Made by a program: the position numbers and the translations under genes | Shown: positions 1-9,700 of the stretch, one piece after another | How the letters are laid out: the number at the start of each line of letters is the position of its first letter | Position numbering within the stretch: the stretch's first letter is position 1 | DNA from: Rhizaria sp. SCN 62-66 | Taxonomy: Eukaryota | Reading direction: 5' to 3' | NCBI GenBank assembly: GCA_001724265.1 | Contig: MEDY01000340.1 | Span: 1 to 32,487 of the forward strand | DNA: 32,487 nucleotides | Notes under the pieces: generated by a model | The model's database searches: none | Told to the model about the DNA's origin: nothing | The model's input: only the letters and a program-made list of their open reading frames with translations

Positions 1-602
1 TTATTTGACGGAAGTTTGACAAAGTTGTATGGCTATTTCAAACTGCCCCTTCCAGGCGCGTTTTTGCGTTTTCCATAAACCTCTACATCAGGGGTACGTG
101 CTTGTTGTTACGTTTGATGTTAAGTGTATTGATATTCAGCGTGCAACCACAAGACTTGCGCGAACGCAAGCGAATGACAAAGACAAACACCTTTATGAAC
201 TATTATTGAACTAGAAAAAAATAGAAAAGCAAACCGACTAAAATAAAAAACATTTGTTTTGATTTGACTTTTGCACAAAAAGAAAAAGCTACATAACCTA
301 TTTGACTTGGTATTATTATTGTGAACACTAACAAGGACTCTCGCGTCTCATTTGTTTGATTGTCCGTGACTTGACTCGAACAAATAGAGCAATAACGAGT
401 CGAACACTGGCCTTGCTTGGGGAGACTAGTTACATTACATTCCTGAAGACGCGTAATGAGCGTGATGAAGCAGAATAACGCACTGCAAATATGGTCTTGC
501 AAACACTGCTGTCTATCGAGTATAACGAGACAAACTGCTTTGTAAAGTGAAAATACACTGCACAAGCACATCGCACCGACTCACTGCTGGGCGCAACAAC
601 GC

Positions 603-1842
603 TTACTCATCTGCATTGCCAATACCCTGCTCCGTGATAGAGAACGTCGCCTCAGCCTCGGGCAGACACGGCGAGTCCACAATCTTGCAGATACGCTGAT
701 TGCCCTTGCCCTTGCGGAGACTGAGGCGCGTGGTCGACGCGTGCGCAATGATATTACCACCGATCGGTTTCTTGTTATCCGAGGCAAACATCATCGCACC
801 GCCGTCCGGGTTGGCGACGACCTGGTTCGTGATTACGACAGCGACACCGAACTCGTCCGCCAGCTTCTGCAGGTTCCGCAGGAAGCGCGCCATGTGCATC
901 TGGCGCGCAGACAGCTCGCCGCGGCCAGAGTAATCAGTGCGGTAAAGAGCCGTTGCGGAGTCGACGATGATGGCGGCGTGGACGGACTCGGACATGAGCG
1001 ACGCAGCCTGCTGCAGCAGTGTGATCTGGTGGTCCGAGTTGAACGCGCGCGCACAGGTGATGTTGTCAAGCACCCAGTTGGGGTCGAGACCGAACCGCAT
1101 GGCGGCTTGCACAATACGCTCGGGACGGAAGGTGTTCTCGGTGTCGATGTACAGCACGCGACCAGCGCCGCCGCCCTGCTCACGCGCGAGCTGAGCCGTG
1201 ACGCAGAGAGTGTGGCAGAGCTGGGACTTGCCGGTGCGGAACTCTCCGTAGAGCTCGGTGATGGTGCCAGACTCGAAGCCACCGTTGAGGATGGCGTCGA
1301 GCTCGGAGCTACCTGTGGAGATATAGACAACCTTCTGGCGCTGCTTGTAGAGCTCGGCGGCGCTGGTGAAACCCATGGGGACCATGTTGCGGGCTTCATT
1401 GATGAGCTTCTCGGCCTTGACGTCGGTGATGCCCTTGATGCTGGTGAGAGTCTTGGTCGTGGCGTGGGCAATGCTCTCCAGGGTCTGAAAACCAGCGGCT
1501 TGGAGCTTCTTGATGTCCGTCTCGTTAAAGCCGACGGTCTGTGGTGGGACGCGGCGGTGGCGGAGGGCGAGAGAAAGGCGAATGAGGCGTTGGAGTGATG
1601 TTTGGGTGAGGCGGGCATGAGGCGGGCAAGTGGAAGAGGTTTGTAGAAACGAAGCATTCTGGGCGATAAAAAGGATCTTAAACGCGTATTCAGAGATAGA
1701 TACTATGTAAACGCAGAGAATGGAGTGCTTTACGTACGCTGAGCTGAGAGATAAGCTGGAAAGGGGCCTGCACCTCTTCCTCGGCAGCCGCGCGGAAAGC
1801 GTCAGGCGCAACATCCTCAACATAGTCCTCCTGCTGGTCCAT
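603..1842 (-). CDS. RAD51: DNA recombinase RAD51, 346 aa; exons 1842-1738 and 1538-603
   Basis: Walker [10 protein letters not shown] and Walker B IIVDS. The segment [43 protein letters not shown] is RAD51-type rather than DMC1-type, followed by [17 protein letters not shown]. Exon 1 (MDQQEDY...QLISQLS, 35 codons) joins in phase 0 across a GTACGT...CAG intron to [12 protein letters not shown]. Ends GIGNADE-TAA. The ORF-track N-terminus (from 1982) is upstream and intron sequence. Confidence 0.97.
1539..1737 (-). other. Spliceosomal intron of RAD51 (199 nt, phase 0)
   Basis: AGC|GTACGT donor at 1737 and C-rich tract ending CCACAG| at 1539. Removal joins the acidic N-terminal exon in frame to the RAD51 helix-hairpin-helix region. 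Confidence 0.9.
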
Positions 1843-3770
1843 GGAAATCTCTGGGAAACAAGAAAAAATGCAAATTCAGAAAATGACAAATTAGGGTCAA
1901 TCATGTAAGCGAAGCAACTTTCGTGAGACAAAAACATAAATCCGGTCGCGCGGAGGGAATTTGAAGTATTAGTCACATTCATGCAACTTCTCGCAGGCGG
2001 GCAGGAAGTCTTTGGGCCACGGCCGTGGACCGGAAAAAAGCAGCAAGGAAAGTTGTATGTGGTCAGATCAGAAAAAGTAACCTAAAGGCTACTCGACCGA
2101 CTGCCATGAACTATACGATAGCACTCCATCGAATTGTATGTCGTTTTTTAATGCAGCAAGTAATGAAACTGGTTCTCCGGAGTTATGATCATTGCATTTT
2201 GCTGATGTTAAGTGATCGAGGACTTAAGCAGGTGGTCAGCATCCATTCTTTTTGATACTTTCGGGATGTATCTTCCGTAAGAATGGCTTAATATTTGCTG
2301 AAAGAAATATATGTTATGTTTTCCACGTGACGGCGTTGTTTTATTGAGTTATCATAGACGAATTAATATCCATCCATACGAGTTTACTTTCATTACATCG
2401 GCTACAATCACCGTCTGCAACACCTTGTCCATGACCTAGTTTTCTATATAACTCGGTATCTTCTAGCTTAATTGAGCTAAGAGTTGTTTTAAAAGTTAGA
2501 TTATAAGTTACTGTAGGGTATTGTATATTTTTGCCGAATTTTCATCGTATATTTTCAGATACCCATGTGTTTCTTCATTGGCAGCGACTGGGCATCTCCA
2601 ACTCATTCGGCAGCTGAGTAGAGAACCAAAAACACAATTTAGCGTGAAAAAACATCGACATTGTATTTCTGATCTAGTTTTATTGTGTTCATCGTTTCTG
2701 TGCTTATTATCACCGTCATGATCTCTCATACAAGACGGTGGAATTTGGGTCGGTTTTGTCCACTTGACAGGTCAAAGGCCGACATGAATGTCGGCAATAT
2801 CACCACTATCTGACGGTCAATTATTGTGGATTTGCAGTATGTTATATGTTGCAACATTATTTATCAAAATAAAATGGCGGTAATTTTTCAGTCCATATTG
2901 CGTTGCGTTGGCCAACCATTTCCTAGCTACATAAGCTCTTACAAATGACGCACAGCTCATTATATCAGATTGTAACCCTAAACAAGCAATATGTGCAATT
3001 AATTTGTTGTCACAGTACGCTTATGTACGCGATGTGCCCAATGATTTCCGATATTGACGTGAAACATACACACTAAGCGCTGTGGCGACGTGGGCCTGAG
3101 GGAAGAAACCGAGAAGATATGAATCGATGTTGGATCAGACACTATAATACACACATGTCAAAGTATACCCTCCAGGGTCAGTCAATATAATCGACGTCAA
3201 ACGTTGCCACACTTGGGTGACTACCGCCTAAAGTGACTTTTTAGCATCGTCCTGCGTTTTGTGGTCCTGGTGCGCCTGTGCCGAAGTTTCGATCTCTTCC
3301 AGTGCGGTCCCGCTTAGGTTTCGGGGACAAGGCTCGTCCTCATCATGATTACGACAAGGAGATATATGCCCAAACCCACCAATGGTTAGAGAATTGATCA
3401 TGTGTTTTGATGTTTTTACAAAAGGAAACATTTATTTTCTACGCGAAACCGTCTTTTCACTGGAGTTATGGGGATATATTCACCGATAATAGTCAATCCC
3501 AATCTCAAAACGACGTGCCTCGACAGGACCTTTCTAAATCTCTCTGCCATCAATGATCTAGAGATAAAGTAAAATGCCACTGCTTGATTCTGCTAGGCCG
3601 CAATGCTTCGCTTTTGATCTACTTAAAAACGGTTAATTTCGGTAGAATTACGCCCGTCATCTTGGTCTTCTCCGTCGAGTCCACGCTCCTTTGCCTTGGC
3701 TGCCGTTCTCCCCCACTCACATTCCTCCCTCTTTCCCACCTTATCCGCTCCATCTAAAGCCTCAATTGCA

Positions 3771-6700
3771 ATGCCCCTCCCTAACCGCGGTCCAAAGGCC
3801 ACCGGCGAAGACATGCGCCGTCTCCACCAACGCACTATCACCCAAGTTTACTCGTTTATGGAAATCCTCCACGACCACACCTGCAACCGCAACCGTAGCA
3901 ACCGCCCCAGCGACGACCCAGCCTCAGACGCGGACTCACTTTCCTCGCACAGCTCCTTTTACGCCGGTGCTGACCAGGCTTCCTTGGGCCCGTTGGCGGC
4001 GCGCGTTCCTCGCGCCACTGCCTGCTACACCGACGCACAAGCCCTCGTCAGCTCCATCGCCGCCTTGGGCGAGAGCACTGAGGAGCTCACCCGAGCCCTG
4101 CGAATGCTCGGGCTTCCGGCGTCTCTGTTGGTCGCCGGAGGGGAGGTGCTGCCCGCGCCCGGCGCCGCGCCCGCTGACCCGGCCGCCCCGCGCCGCGTCG
4201 TCATGATGGCGACCCCCCCTGATAACGACTACAACTACGACGACATCAACAACAGCAATCACTGTTATAACGCTGGTTGCGCGAAGACAAACAACCCTAG
4301 TGTCAATGGCCACCACTGTGCGCCGGCGGCGGGTCATGCGTCGCTTTCCACACTGTATCCCGCCCCCGTCCCCGCGCCAGCGCCTGTGCCGTCCCAATCT
4401 AACAACTCCATCTTCTCGACACCCAAAAAAAACAAGTCTAGCTTGAACACCCGTGGTATGGTCAACAACAGCGCTGTCTCCGGCGCTGTTGCCGCTGGTA
4501 ACTGCGGTGCGGATGAGGTTACTGCCTTGCCCCAGCCTGAGCTATTACACGTCGCCCCTTCCCCTCCCGCCCCCCTAGTCGCCGCCGCCGCCGCCGCTGC
4601 TGCTGCTGCCTCGAATGGGAGTGGACATGTGGTGGGCGTATCGGCTGCGTCGTCGCCGGCACTCTCGGCCTCAGCGTCCCTCCCCCGCGCCGACTGGGTG
4701 GCCGAAGACGCCTCGTGGACCAAACCTGCTGAAGAAGAAGAAACTGCTGAGCTACGCCGCCGCGCACTCGCCGCCGCACTTAATGTCCCAGTCAACTCTC
4801 TCCCTCCCGCCGCTGACGCCGAGGCCGCCCGCGCCGCCGCTGCCCATGTCTGCCCTCAGTCACCCGCGAATGTGCTCGCTGCCCGCTTGCGCTCAGCTCC
4901 GCAAGTTAAGCCGGCACCATTGCGGTTCAAAAAGCTCTCCAAGCTCGGCCAAGGCGCGTTTGGCGAGGTTTTTAAGGTGTTAATGATTGAGACGGGCGCC
5001 GTCATGGCGCTGAAGCAGTTTCGCCGCGCTACCGCTGACGAGCGTCGCCACGCGGAGGCTGTGGCGCGGGAAGTCCGGCTTATGCAGAGGCTGCGGCACC
5101 CGCATGTGGTGACATTTTTCGGAACTTTCGAGGCCAAAGACTCGCTCGCGGTGCTGATGGAGTACGCTCCCGGCGCCTCACTGCACGCTCTCCTGCGCGA
5201 CACCGGCGGACTCTCAGAGCCGCTCGCGCGTCGCGCCACGCGACAAGTCTGTCTCGCGCTGGCGCACTGCCACGCCCATCACATCGTGCACCGTGACATC
5301 AAATCGCATAACCTGTTGCTTGACGCGTTTGGACACGTCAAAGTAGCCGATTTTGGCTCTGCACGCGTGCTTGACCGTGCGCACGCCGCCACGGCCGCCA
5401 ACGCGGCCGACTTCACCCCGCTTTGGGCCGCACCAGAGGTTCTGGAGCGCGGGCCGCAGGGAGCCGCGGTGGACATCTGGGCTCTTGGCTGCACGGTGAT
5501 CGAGATGGCGACAGGCCGTGACCCGTGGGCTGAGTGCCGCTTCTCCACTCTCCCACAGGCCATTGCGCACATCGCGGAGCCGGGTTCATTGCCCGCAATG
5601 CCGGCGACGCTGTCAGCGCTCGGCCGAGACTTTGTCAGTCAGTGTCTGCAAAGGGATCAAACGATGCGGCCAACCGCTGCGCAGTTGCTCGATCATCCTT
5701 GGCTTGCAGATGCTGAAGCTCAAACGACCGTAACTGCTGTAAACACTTCGGTTTCGGAGACTGCCGCTGCCGCTGCCGCTGCAGCGACTGGGACCACTCA
5801 GAGCACTAAGAATGCAAGTGTGGCCGTAGCGGCGCCTGTTACTGCGAACGCAACCGCTGCGACCGCTGCAACCGCTGCGGCCGCCGCCGCCGTTGCTGCT
5901 GCTGCTGCTGTTGCTGGTCAAGTTAGTGAAGCTGCTATTGGTGACTTGAAGGCTGCCTCAGTTGCAGCGCAGTTGCATCAGTTGCAAGCGCAAGTCCAGC
6001 AGAATCACTCGCGATCCCACTCGCACCTGCATGCCCAGCGACTGCGTTCATCGCCTCAACAGCAACAGCAGTATCATCAGAGCGAGTCGAGCCAGCAGCA
6101 GCAGTCGTTTACGTCCTGCGCCGACACCACCGCTGGCGACGCGAGCGTTATGCTCGCGGTGCACGATGCGTCACTGTCAATGGTGCGCGCATTAGACGGC
6201 AGCGCTGCAGACTCTTTCGCGCTTACAGACACCACAAGCACGGGTGGCTTTGAGTATAGCACTCGCACTAGCGCTGGCGCTGGCATTGCGGATGCTGCTG
6301 ATTGCCCTCAGTCAGCTCTGGTTAATAACTCGGTGGCGATGACTGATACTGACGGCAACTACAGTGACAGTATCTTGAACAATATCAGCGCATTCACTCC
6401 TACTGTTGCTGCTAGCAACAGCGATGACAGCGTCGCGAGTTTTAACGGCGCAGTAAGCAACAGCAGCTCCAACAGTGTCAACAACAAGACGTCTCCTACT
6501 ACTACTGCAGTTGCTGCTCCTGCTACTGTTGATGTTGATGTTGCTACAATGGCAATGACGGATACTGAGACAGACAAACCCTTGCTCGCCACCACAACCT
6601 CCGTCCTCACTCCCACTGCACCGGTCACTCCGGCGGTGTCTCCCGCATTATCTGCAGCGAAGCCTGTAACCAATAGCACTGGCCCCGCTTGCGGCAGCGC

Positions 6701-9700
6701 CAGTGCCAGCACCAGTGCACGTGTGAGTCGTGCCAACTCCGCTGTCGCGGTTGGCCGGACCGCACATATGTCCGAGGGGGCTGCCGTGGCCGCCGCAGTC
6801 TCCGCCGCCGCTGCAGCCGCCGTCGTTGCCAACTTGGCCGCCATGCCACCGCCATCGTCGGTATCGGCCCGGTTAAAGAGCTTGCACCCCTCACAGTCTC
6901 AGTCTCAGTCTCGGTCACAGTCTCGGTCTCAGTCCCAGTCTCAGTCCCAGAGCCTCACTTCGCAGCCGCAGGCGCAGTTGCAGCCACATGTAGTCAGCGC
7001 GGCCCCTCGTGCCAGTGCTCGGCCGCCGCTGTCACGCACCAGCAGCGGCCTTCTACCCGGAGCCAACGCCACCGCCACGGCCACAGCATCCGCGACTGCA
7101 AATGTGACCACAAACTGGGGCAGTGCTGAATGTGGCGTCCCGAGCTCTCGCACCTGCGCTGGTGGCAATAGCAGTGGAAATCGCAGTGGAAACCCGACCC
7201 CTGGAGCTGTGCGCAGTGCGTTCACGTCCCCTCGCGGCGGCTCCGTCGTCCGCCCCCCTTCGACTCCCGGCTCCGGGTGCGGTTCGGTCTCCGTCGCTCG
7301 GCTCGACGAGAGCCAACTGCGGGTCGAACTGACGCAGGCCCGTGAAGCAGTGGCGGAATTATCGGCCATCTCGGCCACGCATGCGGCGGAAAGCAGGAGG
7401 CTGGCGGCGCAGCTATTAGAGCTGCAGGGGCAGATGCAGGCGTTGCAGCGGAGTAACCAGCATGAAAACTCTCAAAGTTTTACTCGGAACGGCGCGAGAA
7501 GTGGGGACACAAGCGCCGCCGCCAGTAACATTGGCAGCAGAAGTGGCAGCAGCAATAGTAACAACAGTTACGGCGATGGTAGCGGCAATGGCCAAAGCCA
7601 GATTCAGAGCCAGAGCCAGAGCCAGAGTAGCTGCAATGGAAGCACGGTCGGAACGCCTAAGGCCGGCCCTGCCACCACCCGAATGCCTGCTGCTGCATCG
7701 ATGCCCTACTCCAGCTACAGCCCTCACGCTAATGGTACCACAAACGGTCAGCAGCAGCAACAGGGTGTGAACGACGGACCTATTCGCGTGCCAGCCTTGC
7801 CGCTAGGCTCCTCATTCCCCTACGCCACCAGTGATCTACTCGCCAGTGTGACAACGTCGCACGGTTCGACCCCCGGCACAGGGCCGTGTTTTGGCGCTGA
7901 GGGGCCATTTGTGCAGCCCCCGCAATCACTGCATTTACCCGTCAGTGTCAGCGTCGGTGCGCACTCGCACTCGAAGTCACAATCTGCTCTGATGGCACAG
8001 CCACAGGCTGCTATGATGGCACAGGCACAGGCTGCGGCGCGTGCGCATGCAGACGCCGCTGTTGCGCAGACTCTCGCTGCAGCGACGCAGTTTGCCTCCG
8101 GTAACAACTCGACGGAAAGACAAGTTATTCCTGCTGCTGCTGCTGCTGCTGCTATGAAGAAAAATAGTAACAATGCACAGCGGCTTCCGTCTGTTCAGGA
8201 CGGCTCTCCCGGTGTCGGCCCCACCTTTGCCGCCGTTAGCATCAACAACTCCGACACAGTCACTGTCGTTAACAACAACGCTGCAGCCGCTGCTGTTGTT
8301 GCTGCTGCTTCTGCGGGTGTTACTATGGGGGATGGCGATCGCATCAGTCCACGTGCTATGTTTTCCGCGACACAGCCCACTCAGGCGTCCGCGAGTTTTG
8401 CTGCTGCTGCTACAACGACTGCAGTTGGTGGCGGTGCTGTTACTGCAGTGTTGACGCCGGTTGAGCCCACACGCTCGTGCTCAGTCATGATGCGTTCTCT
8501 CGACATAAACGGCAAGAACAGCATCAACAACAACAGCAATAATCACAGCAACTGCGACACTGATAATGTTCCCAGCTGTAGCCCTCGGCGCCGCACCGTC
8601 GCCGCATCTGCCCTTCTTACTCCCATCAGCAATCGCAACAACAACAACAATAGTAACAACAGCAATATCAGTCCCCAGTTGCTGTCTTCGCCCTTATTCG
8701 CCGCCAGTGGTACGCTGCCCCTCAGCGCCAGCCAAGACGCTGCCCTCGCCTCGGCCTCGCTACGGTCCCTCGCGCCCGGTACACTCGGCGCAGTCGTCTC
8801 CGGCAGTGGCCTGTTTAGCAACAGCGGCATGTTTAGCAACAGCGGCGGCATTAGCGGCGGCGAGGCAAACTTTAACGACAACGCGTCGCCTAATAAGCTT
8901 AGTGCAAGCGCAAACGCATCCCTGCCACGGTCGTTTATTAGCTCCTCCTCTCGCGCGTTTGCCCCCACACGGGCCCCTCACGCCGCCGCGGCTATTGCAC
9001 CTCCTGCCGCTTTGGCAGGGTCGCTCGGCCTCGGCCTGGCCGGCGCGGCCGCGGCGGAGGCGGCGGAGGCCAGTGTGGCGTTCCAAGAGGAAGAGAATGC
9101 GGCTTTTAACGCGCAGTATGGCGCTGAGGCGATGCCTGACACCCGCGGCACCAATCTCCGTGCGGCGCGCCGTTTCCTGTTCAACGCCGCCAATAACGAC
9201 CAAAACAACAGCCAAAATGGTAACCACGACCATAGCCCTCCACCAGTTGTTAACTTGAACGCGAGCTTTGCCGCGGTAGCTGCTGTGCGTAACCGTCGTG
9301 CGAGTGAACCTAGCGATGATGAAACCGACGACACCGACAACTCTGTGCGTTTCCTGCCGACTGTGTTGAAGCCTGTTGCTTTACACTACGGCGACGCTCA
9401 TGCTTCTGCTGCTGCGGCGGCGGCGCCGTCAGTGCCGTCAGTGCACAACACGCCCATGCGCCATCCCGCGGTTTCTCTCACCGGCCGTCTCGGTGGCGTA
9501 AACGCAGTGGCGCACACAGGCAATGTTGGGGGTGACCTAAATAGCAGTGGTGGCAACAACTCCCCACCCTATCCGACCCCCGGCTCTGCAATTGGTGCTA
9601 CTGCTGCTGTTGTTGCATCGTCATCTGCTCGTGGGGTAAAGCGTCGCACGCCGTCTCTGTCCATTCTCCCTGCCGAGCCCTGGAGCAGCAACAGCAACAG

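Noticed and set aside
29-214. Short plus-strand ORF containing GTACGT at 94-99
   Set aside because: AT-rich region downstream of RAD51 with no coding bias and no downstream exon identified.
2997-3431. Minus-strand ORF 3228-3431 ends in TAG and would extend about 75 codons if TAG is sense
   Set aside because: It lacks the codon bias of the real genes and the translation has no recognisable features; not counted as evidence for or against recoding.
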